In this document: in pieces, positions 11,377 through 25,700 of the stretch
Layout: every line of letters begins with the position of its first letter
How positions within the stretch are numbered: position 1 is the stretch's first letter
Assembly (NCBI GenBank): GCA_002269645.1
Contig: NIVC01001093.1
Location: 1 to 61,288, forward strand
DNA length: 61,288 bases
Reading direction: 5' to 3'
Source of the DNA: Macrostomum lignano
Lineage: Eukaryota
Program-made: the position numbers and the translations under genes
Notes under the pieces: generated by a model
Seen by the model: the letters and a program-made list of their open reading frames with translations, nothing else
Told to the model about the DNA's origin: nothing
Database searches by the model: none

Positions 11377-13424
11377 ATTGTGATAATCAACTGAGCTCGT
11401 ATTATTAAAAACTTTTTTTTTAATTCATGTGCCACAATTGCTTTAGATTTTCAATTAAAAAAATTGTTTGTAAGAAACACTGTATCTCCCTCATTACTAG
11501 AACTGATTCAGAGATTATGCAACTAAGAAGGAAGGTTACTGCAAGATAAACTGGCATAAGGAACAGTTCACAGCAGTATAGCACTGGGTTTTTCAACTAC
11601 AAAGAATGTAATTTCATTTGGCATCCAAGTTAAAAAATTAAAATATAGCAAAATACACAATTGACATTTTAGATCTTAATAATTTAGTAGTTATAAAAGG
11701 ATCATTCCAGAATTAGCTTTAGATTCCATTCCATAAGAAATGGACATATAAAGAAATGGAAATTTCCAGATTACATGCAACTAAAGGGAGCTATTAAAAA
11801 ATTCCTATTTTATAAGAAATATCTATGGACAAAAAGCATATCACAATTTTAGATTGATTTCTAATTGCCAAATAAGGGTTTTATAGTATTTATTGTTTGA
11901 ATTAGCTAAAATTTGCTCAAAATTTACTCTAAAAATTGTTAACTGTGACTAACTATTACTTGTACTAGGCCTACTCATTACTTTTAGCCTGCCTTGAAAC
12001 TCTAAAGAACAATAAATATCTCTTCCATTGAATGCATTTAAGATAAATCTAAAATAGAACTGAATTTTCATTTTTTGTTGAATTAGGAGACAAATCTGTA
12101 ATGACCAGGATGCTACAACTAGGATATCAGAAAAATAAATTCATAGCAGCCATAGACTTGAAAAGGTGATTTGCCTCTCTGAAACTATTTAATTGAAAGT
12201 TTATTATACATTTATTACTTTTTGCTGATATACTTGATATGTTTAGTTAAATGAAAAGAAAATCTTTTCAAAATTTCACCTATTACTTTTCTTTAGCTAC
12301 TACTAGAATCATAATTAATCAAACTAGAGTTTATTTATAAAGTAATAAAACAGTTCCATTTTTTCTAAATAAAATTTGTAATAACAACTTTATTTTCCAT
12401 GTGTCATTTTCCAGTGCAGGCTTTCTTTTCACCTTTAATTAATAGCTTTAATGTTATGACTAACTTTAACTAGAACTATCCAAAAATAATGATAATCAAA
12501 GTAAAATAAAAACTAAAAAGATATTTACCTTCAACTAAAGGGCATTTAGCATAGAAAAAACTGGGTACCATAGGAGAAAATATTGGGATCCAGGTAGAGG
12601 TAGGATAGAATAATCTTAATCTTAATCATAAAATCCTAGAACAATTAGAATCCCAATCTTGTCTAATCCCAAATATTTTTTTCCTAACCTAATCTTTATA
12701 ATATCTTAAAATTCCACTAGGATCATAATCTTGCAAAATCATAAAAATAAAAGACGAAACTAACTCTATCAAAATATAGACCTTTCTTTTTATTTTTATT
12801 TGAGTATTAAAATTTAATTAGGAAAATGGCACAATATGCACTAGAATAATTTTGGAAAACAATGTGGGTGCCATTTGTACACTATCTGTGCACTTTTATG
12901 TATTATTTTAGTTTTCTAACCTTAATTTACAAAAAATATGTAAAACCAAAATGGTAACTAGATATTTTGGTTAATAAAAATTTATAACAAACTGTATATT
13001 TTGGTTAGAAGTTTGTTCTTAGTTTAAAATTAAAAAAAAGTAAAGAAAATAAAAATGGCACTATTTAGCAATAATGGATATAATACATTATACTTCACAA
13101 AGACCTTTGAAAAACGGCTGTTCGAAAACACAAGATTTAAGAAGACACAAACAAAATCACAAAGTGTGCTATAATATACGTACATAATATTATGATATCT
13201 GCATAAAAAACTGACCAAAATTATTTGTTTATAAAACTTTGTAAACTTTTAGGACCCTTTTTCTTTTTGCTTTGTTTAACTTTTAACTTTATACAATATT
13301 TAAGCATTTTATTTCTTTTTTTACTATACATTATAATAGTATTATTTTTCCATATATTGAAATCCATATATTAAAAATGGTTTTTCAATATCTATCTATC
13401 TATGTGATTGATTTTTAGCAAAAA

Positions 13425-14090
13425 TGGCTCAACCATTGCACTTGATAATCCAATGATTATTAGGCTTAATAAACCAAGGATTATTGCACTTATAAACTAA
13501 AGATTATTGCACTCAATAAGCCAAGGATTATTACACTTGATAAGCCAAGGATTATTGCACTTGATAAGCCAAGGATTGTTGCACTTGATAAACCAAGGAT
13601 TATTGCATTTGATAAACCAAGTATTATTATACTTGATAAACTAAGAGTTGTTGCACTTGATAAACCAAGGATTATTGCACTTGATAAGCCAAGGATTATT
13701 GCACTTGATAAGCCAAGGATTACTGCAATTGATAAACCAAGGATTATTGCACTTGATAAACTAAGGATTATTGCACTTGATGAACCAAGGATTATTGCAC
13801 TTGATAAACTAAGGATTATTGCACTTAATAAATCAAAGATTATGCACTTGATAAGCCAAGGATAACTGCACTTGATAAGCCAAGGATAGGCCTAATTGCA
13901 TATGATAAACCAAGGATTATTATACTTGTACTTGATAAACTAAGGATTATTTCATTCAATAAGCCAAGGATTATACACTTGATAAGCCAAGGATTATTGC
14001 ACTTAATAAGCCAAGGATTATTGCACTAGATTAGAAAGACTAATGCATTAGCTTAAACATCAATTTTTGCACTTGATAAATAAAGGATTA
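13425..14090. repeat. Degenerate 24-bp minisatellite (TTGCACTTGATAAGCCAAGGATTA)
   Basis: Tandem units read directly. Confidence 0.93.
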
Positions 14091-14169
14091 ATGCACTAAT
14101 TGAGAAAATGATTATTACACTAGCTGAGAGTAGGATTAGGGCCTATGCAACATGCAACCCCACTGGCTG

Positions 14170-14215
14170 GGGGTGGGGTTTGCAAGTTGCAACCTACAGG
14201 TTGAGAACCACTGGC
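14170..14215 (-). mobile_element. Isolated hAT/Charlie-like terminal remnant
   Basis: The reverse complement reads CAGTGGTTCTCAACCT, a typical Charlie-group end; no partner end was found. Confidence 0.4.
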
Positions 14216-15148
14216 TTAAGGCCTAGGGGGCCTACAAAATATAGGTTCTAAAGTAAATAAAAAGAAAATCTAAATAAGGCTCAATATAAAAAAGTAACTC
14301 AGATAAGCCTAGCCGATTTGATTAGGCCCCTATGTTATTCAACTAACAATCTGCTTTATTTTATATTGGATAGGCCTCACTATTCTATTGTATAAATTAA
14401 AATATATTGTATAATATGCCTAACTTTTCCTAGGCTATGCAGCCATACCCAGGCCATACTCCATAGTAGTCCAAACATAAGCAGGCTGTGGGCCCAGTTT
14501 TAAGCATATCGACACAAACTGAACATGCACAAAATATTCCAAGTAAATGTATACTATATTACTTTGCAAACACTTCCTTACTTAACTTAATTGTATGTTT
14601 TAATGAGAAATTATAAGCCTACCGCATATTCTAGGCCTAATCATAAGTTTAATCATAAGAAAGCCAAAATATCATAATCGCTGATTGATTAGATTATTAG
14701 TCTATCTAAATATACTAAATCTCTAATATATTTGTATGCTTGAATGAATGAATGTCCATAATCAATGACAATATACTAAAACTCTAGCGATGTTTGTCTG
14801 TTTGTACAATTATAAACGCAAAATGCTTCTAGATGGCTTAACGGAATGGTCTAATTTGACAATCAGACACGTTTTAACAATTCCTTTGATTCATGATTTT
14901 TTGAAAGCTGGCACTCAGTCTGATTTAACTAAATCAAACAAACAATAAAAAATCTACAACTACAAACATAATTACTACTGTAATAAACCACCTGTTAAGA
15001 AGTTATCGTTTGTAACTTTTCAAATTCAACCTTTCCGCGACATTTTTGTAAAGAATCAGTCAGGTCATCTCACTCATCTCATAGCAAATTAAGCCTCAGG
15101 GTAGAGTATACGTTAATATTTTTGCCCAGTTTGTTACCTTTTTTGGTA

Positions 15149-17524
15149 ATGTCTCTACAGTTTGCTCTTGAATTAGCTCGGTCTGCTGGCGAGGTATGTT
15201 TTTAAAGGGGCTTTAGCTTTCGCTTTTATAGTATGATTTTAGCAGTACACTTTCCAGCGCGTACTTACTCTGCTCTTAATTTTTTAGATTGCAACACTAA
15301 TATGTTAATTAATTACTTCGCTATTTTTTAGATCATTAAAGAAGGCTACTTTAAACAAAAGGTTATTAGTCAAAAATGCTCGATTGCTGATTTGGTGACA
15401 GAAACTGATACAAAGGTTGAGAATTTCGTTCAGAAGAAGATATCGGAGCAATTTCCCACGCATGAGTAAGATATTTTGAGGACTATAGCATCTTTCTTTA
15501 ATTTTCATATTTTATGCTCCATTATTTCATTGTTTCATACACATTATTAGTTTTAAGCTCATATTTTCTCCCCTTTGTTATAGGTTCATAGGAGAAGAAT
15601 CCGTGTCTAATGGAGCTAAAATTAGTTTCACTGATTCTCCAACTTGGATAATTGACCCCGTCGATGGAACTTCAAATTTTGTTCATCGTTTCCCCTTCTG
15701 TTGTATTTCTATTGCATATGCAGAGAAAAAGAAGGTAAATTTTAAATTTCAGTTTTAATGCTATTTTAATAATATGAGTTAATAAAACTATTTTAGTAAT
15801 ACTTTTTCAGGTGGCTTTGGCTGTTGTTTACAATCCGATTCTTGATGAGATGTATCATGCTGAGCTTGGCAAAGGTGCATTCCTCAATGATGCCAAGCTT
15901 TCTGTCAGTGATGCTCAAAGTAAGCAGCTTATTGCTTTATACTTTGTGTACTAATTTACGAGTATAAAGATATTTTTATTAACATAAAGATAAAGGCATT
16001 GCTTATTTGTCTATGTTGAATTTTGAAATTAAACTAATAGACAACTTTCTTGGTAAAAAGCAATTCATATTCAGTTGAGTTGAAATCGTTATCAGCCTGA
16101 TACCCTAAAGTTTTTGTTCAGTAGTCCTAAAATTGATTTGCTACATTTTACTGAATGCTTTGTGTGCTGGAGTTGGTCCAAATAATGAAGGAATTCATTT
16201 CTGTTTTTTAACTAATACTGCACACTGTTTGCACAAATTTTAAAAGTCAAAAGTTATTTTAAGCAAAATTTCCTGTTTTTGCTTGCTTAGATCTCTCCAG
16301 CTCGATTCTGTGCTCCGAGTGGGGCTCCCAGCGGGATGCCACGATGGACACAAAGGTGCGCAACATGCACAAAGCCGTGCTGGCCTCTCGGGGCATTCGA
16401 TCCATCGGGTCTGCCGCCCTGTCCTGCTGCATGGTGGCCCGCGGCTCGGTGGAGTCATACTTCGAGTACGGCATTCACTGCTGGGATGTGGCAGCTGGCG
16501 AGCTCATCGTGCGAGAGGCTGGCGGCGTGTCCGCCTCGCCAGACGGTGAGAATTTTCCTAAAGTTTTTTTTCTAAATCTATTTGTCTTGCAGATTTCAAA
16601 ACTGCACAAGCCTTGCGAGTGAATGCTTGATGATAGGGTTTGGTGACTTGGTAATTCGCGGCATATATTTGGTTTGGTTAAATTTAGCTAGAATAGCAAA
16701 TGTTGAATTATATAAAACGAATGGGGGCCAATAGGCTAATTAAGGTCAATTATAATGAGCCATTGCATGATTAATGACTTATCTGGCTGAATAGCACGAT
16801 GGTGTTTAGAGAATTTTTGTAGTTGAATATTTATAGTGTATCAATTAAGCCAGCATATGTAATTAGACGATTTCAAATATTGTCAGCAGAGGCTGGGGCG
16901 TGGCTGCAGACTGGCTACGGCGCTGAGATTCAGAAATCCTCACCCGGAATCTCTACCCCTCCCCCCCCCCCGATACGTTCACTCTGGCTCCAACTTTATA
17001 CATAGCCTCGGGAAATGCGCATATGCACTCGTATTGCACACAGACTGAGTTTATCAGCTTGAAGAACTTTTTCTAATAGGCGCATAAATTATCCTAATCC
17101 GGCTGCTGGCAGACACGAGCCTGCAGTTGCGGAGTAGTGGCCGATCCATTTTCTGGCTGTCAGGGGAATTGAGCTGCCTCGTCCGTGTTGCAATTTTTTC
17201 GAGAGCTAGAAAGCAGACAAAAATCGCTCCAGTTCTACTAATCCTCTTATTTCTCTAACATAAATACGCCTAATCTGCACTGCAGAATATAGAGTTAGAC
17301 TACTATTGGCCAACGTTACATGTTGGGGAGAGCAGTAGTATCTATGGGACAATGTCAATATTTTATGAAATCGCTTTCGAAACAACGTCGCCCCTCCATC
17401 TGGGATAATTTTTTCAGGTAGCCCATTCGACCTGATGTCGCGTAGCGTTCTGGTCTCCTGCTGCCGACAGGTATTGGACGAGACCAGCGCCTGCATTGAG
17501 CGCATTCCGTTTGATCGCGAGTGA
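15149..17524 (+). CDS. IMPA1: Inositol monophosphatase, 6 exons seen
   Basis: Exons 15149-15193 (the start is uncertain and could instead be an acceptor at 15160), 15332-15465, 15584-15734, 15811-15919, 16291-16545, 17418-17524. All junctions are in phase. Motifs: [56 protein letters not shown]. Confidence 0.95.
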
Positions 17525-17611
17525 CTCTAAGGAAATCGTTTATGGCCCATTTATGACTATGACGTGAGAGAATAGGCCTGTTGCTTTTAGCTATTTTTAG
17601 TTCACCGTGTC

Positions 17612-18140
17612 CATATTGATTCTATTTAGTACACCAATAAGCTGTCTATTACACCATGATTCTATTTAGTACACCATGATTCTATTTAGTACACCAATAT
17701 GCTGTCTAGCACACCATGACGCTGTCTAGTACACCATGACGCTGTCTAGTACACCATGACGCTGTCTAGTACACCATGACGCTGTCTAGCACACCATGAC
17801 GCTGTCTAGTACACCATGACGCTGTCTAGCACACCATGACGCTGTCTAGTACACCATGACGCTGTCTAGTATACCATGACGCTGTCTAGTACACCATGAC
17901 GCTGTCTAGCACACCATGACGCTGTCTAGTATACCATGACGCTGTCTAGCACACCATGACGCTGTCTAGCACACCATGACGCTGTCTAGTATACCATGAC
18001 GCTGTCTAGCACACCATGACGCTGTCTAGCACACCATGACGCTGTCTAGTACACCATGACGCTGTCTAGTACACCATGACGCTGTCTAGCACACCATGAC
18101 GCTGTCTAGTATACCATGACGCTGTCTAGTACACCATGAC
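17612..18140. repeat. 20-bp minisatellite (ACACCATGACGCTGTCTAGT), about 25 copies
   Basis: Tandem units read directly, about 90 nt after the IMPase stop. Confidence 0.97.
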
Positions 18141-18702
18141 CCAGCTTACACTTAATAACTCTGTGAAAGTCAATATCAGCCCATCATATACAGACTCAGC
18201 TGTACGTCCTTTATGTCTAAAACTATCTGTGTTGTTACTTTCGTTGTGAAGCAACAAACTTTTTATTTCTATTATTAGCGGTAGAAATTATATAATAATT
18301 GAATAAGAATAATTTAATAATATCATTGATTTGATTTCAAATGAATACCTACGTAACGCTTTGATTAAACTATTTTATTGCCACTACTTTACTCTGGTTG
18401 TCACGTTGTAGTCTGTGCTAATTGTTAATTGAATAATTACGGTCGCAGTATTCTTTATTATTGTCTAGGTTGCATGCATAATCTATTGTGTTTAGGGAAC
18501 TCTCCTTATCAACTAGTTTTTAGCTTAATAGTCTACTTGTGTCAAAGCTGGTTTTGTAGTTGAAATTCGTATGGATAATTTTTACCCTGATAAGACCGCT
18601 ATTTAAATATACAAAAACTGCTATGCTTAGCTGTGGTTACTAACGGGTAGTTACTATCGTAATTGTCTGACTTAATTTAACGAGAATCAAAAATTATTTT
18701 TT

Positions 18703-19095
18703 TAAACAAACCGAAACTTTCCGCTGCTATTGAGTGGCGCAATGTCCTACTATCAGTAGGCTAGTTTGGGCCTAGAACCGATCTGTTAAGCAAACCGAAA
18801 CTTTCCGCTGCTATTGAGTTGCGCAATGTCCTACTATCAGTAGGCAAGTTTGGGCCTAGAACCGATCTGTTAAACAAACCGAAACTTTCCGCTGCTATTG
18901 AGTTGCGCAATGTCCTACTATCAGTAGGCAAGTTTGGGCCTAGAACCGATCTGTTAAACAAACCGAAACTTTCCGCTGCTATTGAGTTGCGCAATGTCCT
19001 ACTATCAGTAGGCAAGTTTGGGCCTAGAACCGATCTGTTAAACAAACCGAAACTTTCCGCTGCTATTGAGTTGCGCAATGTCCTACCTATCAGTA
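18703..19095. repeat. 84-bp tandem repeat, about 4.6 copies
   Basis: The unit recurs at about 18704, 18788, 18872, 18956 and 19040. Confidence 0.95.
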
Positions 19096-20419
19096 GACTA
19101 TATCAGTGCTGTAACCAAGGCCCACAAGCTAATACTCAGATGATACACATGTAGTACATAAAAATTATGAAGATTTATTTGAAGCCCCAACTTTCCAAAT
19201 TGCTTTCAAAAGCAGCAAACTAAAAAGCAAATTACAGGTGTCATATGCTTTCTACGTATTCTTATACCTTTTAATACATTTGCTTGACAATTTTTAACTT
19301 TAGTTGGTTCAACATTCGCGTTACTTTAAAAAAATCGAGATGAAAGTTAAATTTGGCTGTGAAAACTACCACAAGTACATTGGTCTCTTTTGCTATTTTT
19401 CATTCCGGAAAAAACTCAGTAATATTGACAAGATAAGCAGAACCGTCTGAACCCTAGTAGAAAAAGGAAAAAAACGATTTTCAAAAATTCGAACCAGGAA
19501 AGTAAAAATTAAACGATTGTGTTAGTTTATAGTAAATCAACGACAATTGTTAAAAAATTTCAAACTCATTGAAAACTTAGAAACTCTGTAATTGTTAAAA
19601 CAATTGTTTAAAAATTTAAATTCTTATAAATTGTTAAAAATTTACAATTGATAAACATTGATTTATTAAAAAATATTGTTCAGACTTGCAGATCGATACA
19701 CCAACTTCATATACATTGAAGTTCAGACGCAGAAAAACTTCAAATCTATTTGGCGTATGCTGAAGAGCTCAATTAAATTTGCATAATCTCGAACTGTCAC
19801 TACGTCCTCTTACTACAGAATAGCTACACGTGTGCTTAATGCAAGTGTGCACGATCTTCACCCAGTGCTACGTTTGCAGCGTTGGGCAAGCGGAAATGAT
19901 GTCTGCGAGGGCACCGGGACAAATATGAGAAAGTTTGTTTAAAACACACACACACACTCACGCGCTAATAAGCCGACACGTGGACTGTGGGAGACTGTCC
20001 CAGTCAACCCTAAACTTATTCATCTTGTCAACATCTCGTTTCTTTCTCAACTTGTTTCACTATATCCATTCATTGTTCTTACAAATTTGCTAACTTTTAT
20101 GATGAAGAGGATCGGCACACAGCGACCGCGGGGCACTGCTGGACTCAATGAGTGTGCACACAAAAATTGCATGCGAGACGTTGTGTCTGATTTGTTTCTG
20201 ACGAGCAAAACGCTCCATGTGTGCATTTTATGCTTTTTTGTAAATGAATGCAGTGCATTGCCTTGATAGGAAAAGTCAGCAACAACTAAACATCCACCTT
20301 TAACTCACGGAGTCACGTGGCACAGAAGTTGAGCATTGCGATTCAATAAACGAGCGAAGGTAAAAAGAGTCGTTCTAACATGAGGGGCTTATTACTTATA
20401 GCTCTGATTTCCAGGCGTC

Positions 20420-20816
20420 GTTTCAGTTGAGTAGGCGCCATTTCATTTGATTAGGCGCCATTTCATTTGAGTAGGCGCCATTTCAGTTGAGTAGGCGCCA
20501 TTTCATTTGATTAGGCGCCATTTCATTTGAGTAGGCGCCATTTAATTTGAGTAGGCGCCATTTCATTTGAGTAGGCGCCACTTCATTTGAGTAGGCGCCA
20601 TTTAATTTGAGTAGGCACCATTTCAGTTGAGTAGGCGCCATTTCAGTTGAGTAGGCACCATTTCATTTGAGTAGGCGCCACTTCAGTTGAGTAGGCGCCA
20701 TTTCAGTTGAGTAGGCACCATTTCATTTGAGTAGGCGCCATTTCATTTGATTAGGCGCCATTTCATTTGATTAGGCACCATTTTAGTTGAGTAGGCGCCA
20801 TTTCAGTTGAGTAGGG
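20420..20816. repeat. 20-bp minisatellite (GAGTAGGCGCCATTTCATTT)
   Basis: Tandem units read directly. Confidence 0.96.
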
Positions 20817-21627
20817 GTCATAATTCTCAAATACAGTGTACTGCATGCTGCGTGCTTATTAAGCTTAATACTGTTGGATAATTAATTCTCTGAATAGAAA
20901 AGACCGCCCATTTTGGCGGATTCGATTCCACAAACAAAAGCATTTTGACGCTCTCCCGTATAGACTGCAAGCTCAACGGCTCTGCTTAACGCGAACGAGA
21001 ATGCGAATAGCCAGAGGCTTCAAAAGAGGTGACGGAAAAAAGTGAGAAATGCAGAGCTCAATTTGGCCAGATGAATTACAAAATGCCCCCCTTCTCTGGG
21101 AGCAGCTGGGTCAGAGCGGTTGTTTTGTGCGGCAGGTGTGAAGCTTAAGGGCAGCTGCAGTCGGAGCAATTATTCAACTGCCGATAAACAGAGCGGCTAA
21201 TTATGGGGTTTTGACCTCCTCGAGCAGAGCTCAGCATTAACTCACAAGAATTTAAGCTTTATAACAGCCTGTTGCTACCTCTCATTTCAATTTCAGGAGC
21301 GTAGCAATACCCATTGCAAAGCAAGATTGAGTTAGTTTATTAAATAATTACTCTACAGCATTCGGCAGCACCGATGCTCGATTGGTAGATCGAACCCGCG
21401 ATTTTGTCCGGGAACTGAGTAAGAGTTTTCACTGATTCACTGTCCAAGTTAATGCAAATTTGTGCCTGTTGAGCAATTACTGTAACCTGTCATAAGGCAT
21501 GAATACTGTTTACCGTAGTCCAGGGGTAGGAAAGGTCCGGCCATAGGCCACATGCGGCGGCCCGCGTAGCCTCTCTTTCCGGCTCTCGGGTCCTTTGAGA
21601 CTTCACAATAGCAATGCGGTGCGCTTA

Positions 21628-22325
21628 AGCTCTCTTCTCTCCTATCCCCTCGTCTCCTTTCCTTTCCTCTCCTCTCATCTCTCCTCTCTCTTTCATATCC
21701 TCTCCCTTCTCCTCTCTCATCTCTACCTTCTCCTCTCTCATCTCTCCCCTCTACTATCTCGTCTCTACCCTCTCCCCTCTCGTCTAACCCCTCTCCTCTC
21801 TCATCTCTCCCCTCTCCTCTCTCATCTCTCCCCTCTACTATCTCGTCTCTACCCTCTCCTCTCTCATCTCTACCCTCTCCTCTCTCATCTCTCCCCTCTA
21901 CTATCTCGTCTCTACCCTCTCCCCTCTCGTCTAACCCCTCTCCTCTCTCATCTCTCCCCTCTACTATCTCGTCTCTACCCTCTCCTCTCTCATCTCTCCC
22001 CTCTACTATCTCGTCTCTACCCTCTCCTCTCTCATCTCTACCCTCTCCTCTCTCATCTCTCCCCTCTACTATCTCGTCTCTACCCTCTCCTCTCTCATCT
22101 CTACCCTCTCCTCTCTCATCTCTCCCCTCTACTATCTCGTCTCTACCCTCTCCCCTCTCGTCTAACCCCTCTCCTCTCTCATCTCTCCCCTCTCCTCTCT
22201 CATCTCTACCCTCTCCTCCCTCATCTCTACCCTCTCCTCTCTCATCTCTCCCCTCTCACCTCTCGTCTCTCCCCTCTACTATCTCATCTCTACCCTCTCA
22301 CCTCTCATCTCTCCCCTCTCCTCTC
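21628..22325. repeat. CT-rich degenerate minisatellite upstream of ESRP
   Basis: CTCTCATCTCTCCCCTCTACTATCTCGT-type units. Confidence 0.93.
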
Positions 22326-22712
22326 TTCAATCCTCTTATTTCAATCAGCGACTACCTGAACAGGTTGCCCGTCAAGGCTTTTTAAAAGTTCGCAAATAAA
22401 AAAATTAACCGGCTTTTACATGAGAATATTTCTCATCGATTCCAGGCCGCACTACTTCATGATAGTAGATAGCAATAGAATGTAAAAGGATTCCAGACAC
22501 CACCCCCATACCCACTACAAAGTCAAGTCATGCGCAGCTGTGGTGCCGACCAATCGGTGAAGACTTTGGCCTTCGCCTGCGGCGGGCCCTGCTCAGGCTG
22601 TGAGGAGGAGGAGGAGGAGCTTAAAAGCTCCTCAGCCGCCGCTGCCGCAGGCGCCTCAGTTGTAAATCTCCGCCAGTCGCTGAAGCTCAGAACTGCTGCT
22701 CCAGACGACAAC

Positions 22713-25700
22713 ATGCCGAAACAGCCGGAGTATCTGCTGCTTTTTCACGCCGTCACCTGCGGCCCAGCCGCCCCCGACTCGGAGCTGGCTGAGGAGCTGT
22801 CGCCGATCTGTCAGCTGGCTTATCTGGTGTACAATGTGCAGCAGAAGAAGGTGAAGATGGCATTAGAGTTTATTAGAGAGGCGCTACATTGTCTGTTTTG
22901 TTGTCTGTCTTTTTGTCTGTCTTGTCTGTCTTGTTGTCTGTCTTGTTGTCTGTCTTTTTGTCTGTCTTGTTGTCTGTCTTTTTGTCTGTCTTGTTGTCTG
23001 TCTTTTTGTCTGTCTGTCTGTCTTGTTGTCTGTCTTTTTGTCTGTCTTGTCTGTCTTGTTGTCTGTCTTGTTGTCTGTCTTTTTGTCTGTCTTGTTGTCT
23101 GTCTTTTTGTCTGTCTTGTTGTCTGTCTTTTTGTCTGTCTTGTTGTCTGTCTTTTTGTCTGTCTGTCTGTCTTGTTGTCTGTCTTTTTGTCTGTCTTGTC
23201 TGTCTTGTTGTCTGTCTTTTTGTCTGTCTTGTCTGTCTTGTTGTCTGTCCTGTTGTCTGTCTTGTCTGTCTTGTTGTCTGTCCTGTTGTCTGTCTTTTTG
23301 TCTGTCTTGTCTGTCTTGTTGTCTGTCTTTTGTCTGTCTTGTCTGTCTTGTTGTCTGTCTTTTTGTCTGTCTTGTCTGTCTTGTTGTCTGTCCTGTTGTC
23401 TGTCTTTTTGTCTGTCTTGTCTGTCTTGTTGTCTGTCTTTTGTCTGTCTTGTCTGTCTTGTTGTCTGTCCTGTTGTCTGTCTTGTTGTTTGCGTTGTCTG
23501 TCTTGTTGTTTGCGTTGTCTGTCTTGTTGTTTTGTCTTGTTGTCTGTCTTGTTGTCTCTTCCAGTGTTTGTTTAGAAACTGTTCGGATTTAGCTTATGTA
23601 CTTTTCGAAGAAACCTTGTCTTCAGAAAAGCTTTGTTCAATTGTTCATGATGCACCCACAGTGAGAAATTGTAACTAATAGTTCCCCTCCGGAAACTTAC
23701 GAGTCTCCAGGTGATGACGCTGGCCCAACATCCGGTGAAGCCGCTTCTGCCGCCGGGACCTGCCGTCTCCTCAGATTCTTCCGAGGAAGCGGTCGAGACA
23801 CGCGAAGACGGCCGGGCACCGGTGTCGGCGGACTGCACGGCGGTGACTGGCGTCACCGAGGAGTCGCTGGATGCGGCCGCGCTTCTGGCCGACTGTCTAG
23901 ACGAGGTGCGATAGTGGATTATCCCTGAGTGCTGTTCGATCCTTCCATTCTGGCCCTGCCTCTAATTAATTATGGATGCGAATCCCCAGAACCCTGGATG
24001 CGAGTCCCCAGAACCCTGGATGCGAGTCCCCAGAACCCTGGATGCGAGTCCCCAGAACCCTGGATGCGAGTCCCCAGAACCCTGGATGCGAGTCCCCAGA
24101 ACCCTGGATGCGAGTTCCTAAAACCCTGGATGCGAGTCCCCAGAACCCTGGATGCGAGTCCCCAGAACCCTGGATGCGAGTCCCCAGAACCCTGGATGCG
24201 AGTCCCCAGAACCCTGGATGCGAGTCCCCAGAACCCTGGATGCAAGTCCCCAGAACCCTGGATGCGAGTCCCTAGAACCCTGGATGCGAGTCCCCAGAAC
24301 CCTGGATGCGAGTCCCCAGAACCCTGGATGCAAGTCCCCAGAACCCTGGATGCAAGTCCCCAGAACCCTGGATGCGAGTCCCCAGAACCCTGGATGCGAG
24401 TCCCCAGAACCCTGGATGCGAGTCCCCAGAACCCTGGATGCGAGTCCCTAGAGCTTTATCTCTGAGCCGGTCTTCAATCTTTTAACAGATGGACCGGGCC
24501 TTGCTAAACGCGGGCGTCCATCCCAGCGCTGACGGTCGCGACCTCCGTCTGATCACTGACGGACAGGCGCCACTGCGCCTCCTGCTGCACCCGGAGGCCG
24601 CCGCCAAGGGTATCCGCCTGCCCAGCTACTGCTACGCCTTCCACGACCTGCGCAAGGAGTTCTGCAGGGCGCGCCGTAGCCGACAGCCCGCCACTTCGCT
24701 GGAGGAAATGATGGCTGGTCTGTCCTGCCAGCTGTCTTCGTGTCTTTCTGTCTCGTGTCTGTCCATCTTGTGTCTGTCCATCTTGTGTCTGTCCATCTTG
24801 TGTCTGTCCATCTTGTGTCTGTCCATCTTGTGTCTGTCCATCTTGTGTCTGTCCATCTTGTGTCTGTCCATCTTGTGTCTGTCCATCTTGTGTCTGTCCA
24901 TCTTGTGTCCGTCCATCTTGTGTCCGTCCATCTTGTGTCTGTCCATCTTGTGTCTGTCCATCTTGTGTCCGTCCATCTTGTGTCTGTCCATCTTGTGTCC
25001 GTCCATCTTGTGTCTGTCCATCTTGTGTCCGTCCATCTTGTGTCTGTCCATCTTGTGTCCGTCCATCTTGTGTCTGTCCATCTTGTGTCGTCCATCTTGT
25101 GTCTGTCCATCTTGTGTCTGTCCATCTTGTGTCTGTCCATCTTGTGTCTGTCCATCTTGTGTCTGTCCATCTTGTGTCTGTCCATCTTGTGTCTGTCCAT
25201 CTTGTGTCTGTCCATCTTGTGTCTGTCCATCTTGTGTCCGTCCATCTTGTGTCTGTCCATCTTGTGTCCGTCCATCTTGTGTCTGTCCATCTTGTGTCCG
25301 TCCATCTTGTGTCCGTCCATCTTGTGTCTGTCCATCTTGTGTCTGTCCATCTTGTGTCTGTCTGCCTGTCTGTTTGTCTTGTATCTGTCCAAGTGTTTGA
25401 CTTGTGCTATTCTTAGACAAGTTTGTTTGTTGGTCTCACCTAACAAAACGCCCTGCACACTCGCAGAGCTGGGGCTGCAGCAGCAACTTCAGCAGGCCGG
25501 GGAGCCTGTCGCAGCGGCAGCCGCAGCGGCAGCAGCCAGGACTCAGGACACGGGCTTCAGCGCTAGCATGTGCCTGGCCATGTCTCGCATCATTGGCTGC
25601 CTGCTTGAAGACGGTGAGTTCCCGTCTGCCGGATAGTGATAACTGGAGGCAGCATATTCAATGTCAAGGCCGGCTTCAAGCAACGCAGGCACAGCTGTTC

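Noticed and set aside
15650-15680. IMPase motif DGTSNF instead of DGTTNF as a sign of inactivity
   Set aside because: It is a conservative Thr-to-Ser change, and the metal-binding D-P-x-D and WD residues are intact.
21519-21575. hAT left-end-like sequence (CAGGGGTAGG...GGCCACATGCGGC)
   Set aside because: No matching right end or TSD was found, so it is too fragmentary to annotate.
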